In this document: piece after piece, positions 1 through 9,966 of the stretch
How positions within the stretch are numbered: the first letter of the stretch is position 1
Layout: each line of letters opens with the position of its first letter
NCBI RefSeq assembly: GCF_018350175.1
Contig: NC_058368.1
Location: forward strand, 168,952,001 to 169,016,000
Direction: 5' to 3'
From: Felis catus
Lineage: Eukaryota
DNA: 64,000 nt
The notes under the pieces: generated by a model
Seen by the model: the letters and a program-made list of their open reading frames with translations, nothing else
The model's database searches: none
What the model was told of the DNA's origin: nothing
Position numbers and translations under genes: made by a program

Positions 1-57
1 TAATACTTATACCAAAGAAGCATATTTTGGGGTGGCAAATTCTCTCTCTTTCTTCAC

Positions 58-960
58 CAGTGAATGAAACAAAGCCCTGTCCTTGTGGGACTTACAAAAA
101 TGAGGGAAAGCAGACGATGCGTTTAAAAGTAATAAGCAGGGGCGCCAGGGTGGCTCAGTTGATTAAGTGTCCAACTTCGGCTCAGTTCATGATCTCACAG
201 TTTGTGAACTTGATCCCTGTATCGTGCTCTGTGCTGACAGCTCAGAGCCTGGAGCCTGCTTGGGATTCTGTGTCTCCCTCTCTGCCCCTCCCCTGCTTAA
301 GCTCTGTGTCTCTCAAAAATAAATAAACATTAAAAAAATTAAAAAGTAAAGGTAATAAGTAAATATAAAATATCCCACATGGTAATACATAATATACAAA
401 AGTAACAAAATAGGACAAGAGGGAATGGGAGGCTGGGGTGGGTACTACTGTATATGTAGTGGTAAGAGAAGACCAAGAGATAAAGGAGAAAACCATGTGA
501 ATATCAGTGAGAATAACCTTACTAGCAATGGATGTAGCAAGGACAAAAAGGCCCTGAGATGGGAGCATGCTAGGTGTGTCTAAAGAAGACCAACAAGGGA
601 GACAGAAAATGAGGTTAGATAGTTATTAGGTGGCCAGATCATGAAGACCTTGTAAGTCATTGAAAGGACTTTACCTTTATTCTGCATGACATGGGGACTG
701 TGGAGAACTGACTTGATCTGCCCCAGGATTTTCAAGGATCGGTTGGATTTTCTTTTTTTTAGTAGACTATAAGAGGGCAAGTACAGAAGCGAGGCCAGCT
801 CAAGAGCTATTTAAATAATCTAACTGAGAAACAATAGGAGTTGGACCAGGATAGTAGTGGTGGAGATCATGAGAAGTGGTCAGATTCTGGGTGTATGTTG
901 AAGGTAAAGCCATCTGGGTTTGCTAATATATGAGATACAGTATAAAAGAGGAAGAGAGAG
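58..960 (-). mobile_element. L2 LINE fragment, interrupted by a SINE
   Basis: Degenerate match to antisense L2 3' region (e.g. gtggagatcatgagaagtggtcagattctgggtgtatgttgaaggtaaagcc); boundaries approximate. Confidence 0.75.
139..347 (+). mobile_element. Can-SINE (SINEC_Fc-type)
   Basis: ggggcgccagggtggctcag tRNA-derived head, CT-rich tract, aaaaataaataaacattaaaa tail; TSD aaaagtaataagca (125-138) / aaaggtaataagta (348-361). Confidence 0.97.
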
Positions 961-978
961 TGAAAGAAACTTTATATT

Positions 979-1224
979 ATTTTTAAATTTTTTAATATTT
1001 TTATGTATTTAATTTATATCCAAGTTAGTTAGCTTATAGTGCAACATTGATTTCAGGGTAGATTCCTTAATGCCCCTTATCCATTTAGCCCATCCCCCGT
1101 CCCACAACCCCTCCAGTAACCCTCTGTTTGTTCTCCATATTTAAGAGTCTCTTATGTTTTGTCTCCCTCCCTGTTTTATATTATTTTTGCTTCCCTTCCT
1201 TCGTGTTCATCTCTTCTGTAGAAG
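979..1224 (-). mobile_element. 5'-truncated carnivore/felid L1 3' end
   Basis: T-rich tail followed by L1 3'UTR-like sequence (cccacaacccctccagtaaccctctgtttgttctccatatttaagagtctctt); TSD core actttatatt at 969-978 and 1225-1234. Confidence 0.85.
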
Positions 1225-1575
1225 ACTTTATATTCTTACACAGACTTCAAAAAATAGTCTTTCTGTATTTTCCTCATAAATTCAGGTGACTCTAACATGC
1301 TCTCCAATATTTTATTTTCTGTAATTCTACTAATTCTAACATTACTGCTTCAAACTATAATGAGCCAAATAAAAGCATAACATGTAACTCTCATTTTCCT
1401 GGGAGCCTGCTATATGCAGAGAGCTGTGCTAACACAAGTGATGGAGCCAGGGTTGGGCAGAGTACCACCACTTCTGACATTTTCACTGTACCACATCTTG
1501 TGTTACAGTTCTCATAATGGAATAAAATAACAGAAAGTGACCTTGAAATGAAAGACACTCAAAATCTCGGCTGTT

Positions 1576-1780
1576 GGAGTGCCTGGGTGGCTTAATTGGT
1601 TAAGCACCGGACTTCAGCTCAGGTCATGATCTCATGGTTCATGGGTTTAAGCCCCACATCGGGCTCTGTGCTGACAGCTCAGAGTCTGAAGCCTGCTTCA
1701 GATTCTATGTCTCCCTCTCTCTCTGCCCCTCCCCCACTCACACTCTGTCTCTCTCTCTCTCAAAAATATATAACATTAAA
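1576..1780 (+). mobile_element. Can-SINE (SINEC_Fc-type)
   Basis: Full head, CT tract and A-tail; TSD aaaaatctcggctg (from 1560) / aaaaatctcagctg (from 1781). Confidence 0.97.
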
Positions 1781-2014
1781 AAAAATCTCAGCTGCAATTT
1801 TTTTTGCATTTACATTGAATGTTTGTTTTCTAAATACATTACAGATCCTTAAGAAGTGTACCTTGCAAATAGTGTCCTAGTTTATAGACCCATTGATTTA
1901 AATAGATAAGTAGAATTAAATCTATGCATAATTTATAGTGGGTCATATTTTCCCCCAGGGGTCTCTGGGCTTTCAACTTGTCAATAAAAATAATTATTAT
2001 TTACTGAACTGAAT

Positions 2015-2858
2015 TGTTGTAGACTCTAAGTCTACAGTTCTCTTTTGGCCAGCAAAAGAGCAGACGCAGGATTAAAACAAGAGATGGCTAATGTTCAGGA
2101 AAAAGATAGGAGCACTGAATAAGTGTCCTTGCCCCATATTTATTCAGATAAGAAGGCTTGCAAACGTAATGGGCATGTACAAAAGGACAAAGAAACTAGG
2201 AACATTAACTTGGGGATGTGAGGGGGAAAAGGGGATTTTGGAGATATACAGTGTTTGGGGTTTGGGTCAATATAAAACAGAATCCAGGTGCTGGGCAGAT
2301 GGGCAGATGGTTGTTAACAGCAGACAGGAGGCGCTGTGCCTGTTTATCTTTGCCAGCCTAGGGGATGAGACAGATAAGGGGAATAACCTCAGGGTTAACA
2401 AGACACCTTTTCTTTTGTTAACCATCTCCACTAGGGCTGCTTTGCCTGTACCTCAGAGGTCCAAAGTCCAATTTACCAATTTACCTAACCTGGCCCTATT
2501 CTCCTATGAAAGCATCTTTCTGCTATAGTACTAAATTTGGGGTGCTTTCACCCTGAATATCTAATATTGTTATTCCTATGTATTGGGCACTTTTGCACCA
2601 TTTCTATTTCAGGCCTTTGCCTCTCTCTATTTTGGGGGGCTCAGCACCCCCTCCCTATTTTGGGGTGCCTTTGCACCTCCCTATTCCTGGCACCTTTGTG
2701 CTTCCCTATTCTCAGGGTGTCTTTGCACCCACCTATTCTTGGAGTGCCAATCTGGTTTACCCCAACTCGAGTGTGAGCATTTTATTGACTTTGTATCTCT
2801 TTGTGCCTTGTTACCCCATTGGTGTAAGCCGGGGGGATTCTTAAGCTTATCTCCCACA
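2015..2858 (-). mobile_element. Solo endogenous retroviral LTR, class II (ERV-K/betaretrovirus-like)
   Basis: TG...CA termini; perfect 6-bp TSD CTGAAT at 2009-2014 and 2859-2864; minus strand begins TGTGGGAGA and has AATAAA (2144-2139) about 125 nt before its 3' end; internal tandem repeats in the inferred U3. Orientation and class are inferred. Confidence 0.85.
2531..2748. repeat. Tandem array of 7-8 degenerate ~26-bp units inside the LTR
   Basis: Units begin CTA(TT) at 2531, 2576, 2604, 2627, 2655, 2681, 2706, 2733; approximate consensus CTATTYTGGGGTGCCTTTGCACCTCC. Confidence 0.85.
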
Positions 2859-3653
2859 CTGAATAGCTTGGTATTATTGCTTAGCTAATAATGCCAGAGG
2901 ATAGTGCCTGATTCTTGGAGAAATAATGTCATCTGTGGAACTAAAGTGACATGAAAGAGAAAATGTCATTCAATTGCTATTTTGTTTAGTATACAAAAGG
3001 TCATTTCCTTCTAATGTAAGGTTGTGTATTATAAAATAAAATGACCTCTGTTATACTAAGTTTTAAATTTTTATAAAGTAGCTTGGAGAGAATAGTTACT
3101 GTTTGTGGTGTGGCACACTAATTTTTCCTTCTTATGGATAGATATGTTTGTTATGGAAAAGAAACTCTTGTCTATTTTGTGTCCTTCAATCGACCTTTTA
3201 AGGCTGAACTTTTTTTTTTCATTGCAGTCTGATTTGCTTTTTGTGGGAAGAGAATAGTACATATTTTCTGTGAACATTTTTTATTGGGTAACTTTTCATA
3301 TAGTAAGAGTTTAATAAACATCTGACTTGTGAATGAATGAATACATGGATAAATTAATGAAAAATGAAATAGGCGTTTTAACTGCTGTCCAAAGTGCTGA
3401 TTGAATGCCATTAGATGACTAGGGACTTTCTAGAAAAATAATCATAAGTGGTTTCACCCTTATGTTCATTTTACATTTTTATTTTTCACTGATTCACTTC
3501 TTTATAGTGCATAAATGAAGAAGGAACTGTATCTTATACAAACCTGTATGCATTACACAAACAGAACAAAATTCTTTGCCTGCTGTGTATTAGTATGAAA
3601 CTTTTAGTATGCTTAGTGTGTTTTTTAAAATGGTTTGAATGTGATTATTTCAG

Positions 3654-3698
3654 AGTTTGAGTGAGACAATATCACTGCTCCTCCAGAAGTCACAGAAG
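3654..3698 (+). other. Candidate 45-nt internal exon (possibly 5'UTR) of an unidentified long-intron gene
   Basis: Acceptor attatttcag|AG and donor AAG|gtgaat in repeat-free sequence; one frame is open (SLSETISLLLQKSQK), the other two contain TGA. Confidence 0.5.
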
Positions 3699-5290
3699 GT
3701 GAATATTCTCTTTGCTCAATCTGTTTTTCATCCAACAGTTCTTTGTTATATTGAGCCTGTCCTATTTGAGACAATAACCAGGGCTTAGCAGGCAGTACTT
3801 TATAACATGCCAGAAAGTATTAATTTTTAACATACACTTTGAAGTAATTGGCAGTAAACAACAGATGTGTTATTATGTATTAGAGGCTCAGTAGGAACAC
3901 ATTCCTTTAGTCCCTTCCTCCCTTCCCTGCCCAATGTCCATTCACTATGTAAATAATGTGGGAATGTAAATGTTATGGCTATAACAGTGACAAGGTATTT
4001 TGTTCCTTACCATTTAAGGTCAAGAGTATGTAACATGGAACTTTAATTCTCAGGGGGTAGTATTTCTCTCTTCATTCTTAAAATTCCCATTATGCCTCTT
4101 AAAAATTAGCCTTCTATTTACTTACATAAATGAGCAAAGGTATCACATTACAATAATTATAACTGCTATTTGAGATTTTTTAAAACCCAAGGCAGGACAT
4201 AACCATATGGCATGATACACAAATAATCTATAAACCTCTTTATAACCAAATGAAAACATAATTGGTGTAGAATTTAAAATTTAACCTTTTTTATCACACA
4301 TATACATATATATATATAATATCACACATATACGTATACATAAACATATGATATGGTATATATTATAAATTTTTGAGTATTAATTTTTTTCCTTAATATA
4401 TATCATGTGAAGGAAAGAAAAGTATAATTTTCATGTGAAATATAGGCTTAAGTACCTATCCTGCTAGAAACAGATTATTGGAGTTCCTATATTTTTGCTT
4501 TTATGGTATCATGTAAACTTCCCTGGTGAAATTTCTCATTTTATTCATAATTTCTAAAGCTTCTCTATCTACCACAGATTAAATCAGTCATAAACCATGT
4601 ATTAAATAACCTCGTTTGTAAAACACCCTGTTTAGACATGTTCCTAGTCTCAAGAAAAATGAGAGAAGTAAGTTAAAGGTCTAAAAATATCTTGACAATT
4701 TGATAAACGGAACATAGAGGGAAGGAGATGAACAAGAGATAAGAATAGGGTTTCCAAAGGCCTTTCATAGTAGGGAGAAAAAAATAGCACACAGCAGTCA
4801 AAGTTGTAATAGCCACCCAACAAATACTGGGTCAATTTACTGAATTTCTTTTATGTGATCAGCTTTATTCAAAATAAACTTAATTCTTAAGGAATTTATT
4901 AACTGACCTTTTACCACATTTAGGAGAACTCAATCAGTTTCACTTTTTCCCCCTAACTTTCTTAAAGAATACGTTATCTATTTTGTAAGCATCTGGGTGT
5001 TGAAAAGCAGTCACATGGCTAGTGTTCCATAATGTTCAACTGAGGTCATTAAATATTTACTGAAGCACTGTCTGTGTATCAAGCACCTGGTTGGTGTTTG
5101 GGAGAAAGTGTTGAGCAAAACAGATAGAATCTTTGTCCTCATGGAGCTTAAAGTCTAATGAATGAGACCTACATCAATAGATAATCATTCCAGAAAGTAT
5201 GCAAAAGTGGGAAATGACCCCATAATAAGGCCACAGAAGGCATTTCTGAAGAAGTGATATTTGGACTGAAGGTTAAGAAGTAACTAAGAG

Positions 5291-5457
5291 GGGGACACTT
5301 GGGTAGCTCAGTTGGTTAAGCATCCAACTTTGGTTCACGTCATGATCTCATGATTCACGAGTTCAAGACCGGCATCAGGCTCTTTGCTGACAGCTCAGAG
5401 CCTGGAGCCTGCCTCAGATTCTGTGTCTCTCTCTCACTGTCTGCCTCTCCCCCGCTT

Positions 5458-5502
<45 letters not shown>

Positions 5503-5536
5503 AATAAATAAAACATTAAAAAATAATAATAATAAA
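5291..5536 (+). mobile_element. Can-SINE, first unit of a head-to-tail dimer
   Basis: Head ggggacacttgggtagctcag, long (CT)n at 5461-5499, A-rich tail. Confidence 0.95.
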
Positions 5537-5540
5537 GAGA

Positions 5541-5723
5541 GGGGTGCCTGGGTAGCTCAGCTGGTTAAGTGTCTGACTTCAGCTCAGGTCATGATCTCAC
5601 AGTTTGTGAGTTCAAGCCCCGCATTGGGCTCAGAGCCTGGAGCCTGCTTCAGATTCTGTCTGTGATGCTGTCCTGCTTGTTTGTGTTCTCTCTCAAAAAT
5701 AAATAAACATTAAAAATTTAAAA
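5541..5723 (+). mobile_element. Can-SINE, second unit of dimer, internally deleted
   Basis: Head ggggtgcctgggtagctcag; lacks the ctgtgctgacagct segment; outer TSD aagaagtaactaagag (5275-5290) / aagaagtagctaagag (5724-5739). Confidence 0.95.
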
Positions 5724-7114
5724 AAGAAGTAGCTAAGAGAAGGTAGAAAAGAGAAGAAACAATCAACTGGGAGTGAGAAGGGCCTTTCCAGGCAACAAAA
5801 AGCAATCCAAAGTATGGCTGGGTGAAATGCTGACTTGAGATGTGGCTAGCTGGAGAGGTAGTAGGGATCAGACCCAATAAAAGCAGGCCAGTTCTAGGAG
5901 GTTGGTCTTGGCCCTTAGAGCAATGGGAAGCCATTATAGGGGTTTTGAGTAGGAACGATCAGATTCCTGTTTCATGCAGATGACTCTGGCTGCAGTGTGG
6001 AGACATGCCTGGAGGGAGGAGAGAAGCTTTCAAGGGAGTCAGTGTGGAGACCTTTTCTGGGTTTCTGGCTTGTGCAACTGGATGACATGTCTCTATTCAC
6101 TAAGGAAACACAGGAAGAGGAGTGGGGTTTTGGGGGAGAGAGACGGGGGCAGGTTGTAGATGGAAATGAGGAGTTTATTTGGGGGCACATTGAGTCTGAA
6201 GTGCCTATAAAATACTTATAGGCAGATGAGTATTTGGAACTCAAGGGAAATGTCTGACCTGGAGATAACAATGTGGAAATTATGAAAGAAAAATGATAAA
6301 TGAATGAATGAGTCTGAGAAACTTTGACTTAATTATGAATCAATGAAAGAAATATTTGAAAATAAGAAACAAACATGGAAGAATATATCGATGATTTTCT
6401 GAACTCTACATATATGCATTTAAAAACTAATAGTTCATTTTACCTCCACATTTTTAAAATGAGGCAGTTTCAAAAATGACTTTTAACTTTGATGGTAATA
6501 CCCAATGTTTGTCATTTCTAGTTCCTCTAATCTAGTTTGACAGTAAACTAACTCTAGAACAGTGTTTATTTAACTTATTTGCTTACTTAACGAATCATTT
6601 GAAGGTTAACTGCTTCCTTTAAATCTTAAATTATATCAGCCTTGATAACTTTATACTCTCACAAATAAGAATGATAACTAGAGGATGAAAAAGAAAAATA
6701 AATTTTCATTGTATTAAAAAAAATCCCTAATTCTGTACAAATAAATTACCAGTAGGAAAAAGAAATTTGTAAATGTATCATTCTTAGCAAGAAGCCTGTT
6801 TCCTTTGGAAAGTTTTCCTTTCTAGGAAAAAAACCAGGAGAGTAACTGATTTTTCCTTCTTGAGAGTCTTGCCCCCTGACCAGTAGAACTCATTGTAAAA
6901 TGTGGAATAACAGTGAACTATGTGAACACAAAATACAGCTGTGTACTCTTGTCCAATGACTACGATTTAACAACAGCAATAAATGAAAGTGTCTCTTGTT
7001 GTTTTTTCCACAACTCAAAGCGTGTATGTTCGTTTACCTAAAATAACATTTCCCTAGTTTTTCTTAGTTAAAAGAGCAAAGGCAAACATTATTATCGTGT
7101 GAAAAAGGAGTATT

Positions 7115-7270
7115 GCTTGACCTCCGGAGTTTCCCCCCTCCTCTGTTAAGAAAGGATTAACAAAACTACCTTACAGCAAGCATCTGTAAGGTTAAATTAA
7201 AATAAGAGATATGAAAGCCTTTGAGAAAACTAAATGGGGATTCAAATTATACGTAGTGTTGAATTACTAT
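7115..7270 (+). mobile_element. MIR-family SINE fragment
   Basis: Weak match to MIR core (agtttcccccctcctctgttaagaaaggattaacaaaactacc...gtaaggttaaatt). Confidence 0.45.
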
Positions 7271-8466
7271 CCAGTTTGGAGGAAGGGTGAGTTGTTCACC
7301 AAGGCATATGAGAAGGTGAAAAGAGAAAGATGAAGGAATAAGTGGATTAGAGATAGCAGTTAAAAAGGTTTAAATGAGGTCCAAGCTGATGGTAATCATT
7401 ATTCCGTATTTAGAATGTGGCCTCTCTGTATATGTGCTGCCAGGGACCACGATGTCACCCATGGTGGCCTAAGGTAAAACTTGCTGTCAGCACCAGTGCT
7501 GGCCATCTCCGTGAGCCTTCCCTGGGCTGCAACTCCAAAGCAGGTATGGAAAGAGCTCACTCTGCCTAAGCTGTTTGAATGAATATACCTTCTCTCTTAT
7601 TTTCATATTTCCATTTTCCAGGCTTTATGTCTTTAGAAGAAACACTGCAAGCTTGAAAAAGTTTCCCCTGATGTGTGTATACCTGTTAGTTTTCTTTTCT
7701 GTATGAGAAGGGAGAGGACTTAGCTTTTTCTCCATCATCTTTATTAAAGCTCTGCTTTACAGCTGAATTGAAACCATTTCATGAAACATTTGAGTATTGC
7801 TTTAAAAGGAACGTCTAACACAGAAGGGCCGCTGCAGTTTTTAGCAATGCGTGTGTCTGTGTCCTGTTCATCATGATGCCACGCCGTTTGTCTTTACCCC
7901 GCTGAGACGGGTGGACAGCCAGTTTTCTCATCTGACGTATCAGGTAGACTGGCCCTTTTTGGTAGCGTGAAACTTCCATGTTGTCACGGGTATCTGTGCT
8001 CATTTGTTTCATCTGTCTTTCCTGATCCATCCAAGAACACATTGCATTGGTAGTCTAGAATCCTCTAGATTTTGAGAAGAGATGGGAATAGACAGCCATC
8101 CCTGCTAAAGCTAAAACCAGCCTGGTGATGCCAGAATTCAGTGCCCGCCTTCCACAATCATTCAGTTAGCTGTTGCAGAATGAATCACTGAGCAGGGCTC
8201 ATTACATTATTGCTGGAATGAAAAGTGGTTCCCTCCTGCCCAATCTCAAGCTGCCCTAAGATCTTCTGCCCATGTATCTATGACTTGGACATTTTGGTGG
8301 TCCTCTGTTAAGCAGGAGGAAAGGATACAGAAAAAGTGTAAATTATATATATCTTTTTCATATTTTTTTAACATTAAGAATCAAATAAAACAGGATTTTT
8401 CAGGAACCTTTTTACATTACATGATGAAAAGTTCTAAGAAATGCTACTTTGAAACAGTATTTTTGA

Positions 8467-8696
8467 GGGGCGCCTGGGTGGCGCAGTCGGTTAAGCGTCC
8501 GACTTCAGCCAGGTCACGATCTCGCGGTCCGTGAGTTCGAGCCCCGCGTCAGGCTCTGGGCTGATGGCTCAGAGCCTGGAGCCTGTTTACGATTCTGTGT
8601 CTCCCTCTCTCTCTGCCCCTCCCCCGTTCATGCTCTGTCTCTCGCTGTCCCCAAAATAAATAAACGTTGAAAAAAAAAATTAAAAAAAAAAAAAAA
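8467..8696 (+). mobile_element. Young Can-SINE
   Basis: CpGs intact, A box TGGCGCAGTCGG 8479-8490, B box GTTCGAGCC 8535-8543, long A-tail, perfect TSD gaaacagtatttttga (8451-8466 / 8697-8712). Confidence 0.99.
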
Positions 8697-9756
8697 GAAA
8701 CAGTATTTTTGAGGGCTATCTCTTTTCACCTGTTGGGGCAACAGAAATTTACTTAAATTTTTCATTTGAGACTTCTGTTGAGTTCCTCAGTTCTTTCGAA
8801 CTTAAGTGTCATTGCTTTATATTTACATACATGCACAGCCAAAGCTAGGAACCTCTTGAGGGGGAAACCACACTTTATTCAATGTAAGGCCCTATTCCTA
8901 CTGCCTAGCACAGTGACTGATATTTAATTCAACTGAGTAACTCATGCATCAAAGAATTAAATGTACATTTATTGTTGAGGAATCTTAATTTTTTTGCAGC
9001 ACAAAGTATACCTGGCCTTCATAAATACTTGTTCTTTGATAATGATATTTGGTAGAAAAAAGCAAATTTCCCTAATTGTTTCACAGAGCGTAATGTACTC
9101 AAAATGTTATCTAATGTTAAATTATTTAATATACAAGAGAAAAATCATGGAAAACAGGTAACAAATGAAACAAGACACCAAAAAGAAAAATATGAATCAG
9201 AGGCCTATGAATGGCTTTTCTAAGATAGTATTACCCTTATGTTTTCTAGTGCATGTGGTAACGATGGTTGGTCCCAAAGGACTTTGTTAGAAATGATGGT
9301 CTGTTATTTGTGCACACAGTGTGCCGTTTATAGGCAGTGATATGTGTTCATTTCCCCACCCACTGCATTAATGTCCCTCCCTTGAAGGAATAAAGACTCG
9401 TCATTGATTCCTTAAACCATGTCTTTTGTCACTTAACCATGAATGTAAGTGGTGAGCATGGCATACCCAGAACTAAGTTTAATATCACTAATTTATTTCT
9501 TTTAAGGTTACTAATAGCTCTCAGTTACTTAATTTTTCATTCGTCACTTTTGAATTGTGCAACACTGCATGCCTGAATAGACAGAAGTAAACTTGATTAA
9601 AGTGATATTCTGTAAATGGCACTACTTTCCTCATTTTCCATATGCTAACGTGAAGGCCTCATTGTGTATAAAGATACCTATAATTGCACAAGGTTTTAAT
9701 TTGAAACTTTTAAGGATAATAAAAAGATGAGGCAAAAAAGGATGATCCTTGTTCTA

Positions 9757-9966
9757 GAACTTTTTCTCTAGAGCTAGATATTAAATATTTAAGGCTTTCC
9801 AGATTAATGGTGTCCATCACAACTACTCACCTCTGCCATTGTAGCACAGAAGCATCTATAGAAAATACATAAACAAAAGAGTATGACTATGTTCCATTAA
9901 ACTGTTATTTGCAAAACGAGGCAGCAGACCAGATTTGGCCTCGAGGCCATGTTTGACTGACTCATG
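9757..9966. mobile_element. MER58A (hAT-Charlie non-autonomous DNA transposon)
   Basis: caactactcacctctgccattgtagcacagaagc...tgttccattaaactgttatttgcaaaac...ccagatttggcctcgaggcc follows the MER58A consensus. Confidence 0.85.

Larger units (their letters stand above)
5035..6290 (-). mobile_element. L2 LINE fragment including 3' end, interrupted by a SINE dimer
   Basis: aaatatttactgaagcactgtctgtgtatcaagcac...tgtcctcatggagcttaaagtcta matches the antisense L2 3' end; similarity resumes after 5740. Confidence 0.8.

Noticed and set aside
2531..2748. CRISPR-like array of short palindromic repeats
   Set aside because: Mammalian DNA, degenerate contiguous units with no unique spacers, no cas genes; it lies inside an LTR.
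2091..2888. 145-aa ORF and three overlapping ORFs in the LTR as an MMTV sag-like gene
   Set aside because: They are antisense to the inferred LTR orientation, show no recognisable similarity, and the overlapping ones are open because the repeat array lacks stop codons.
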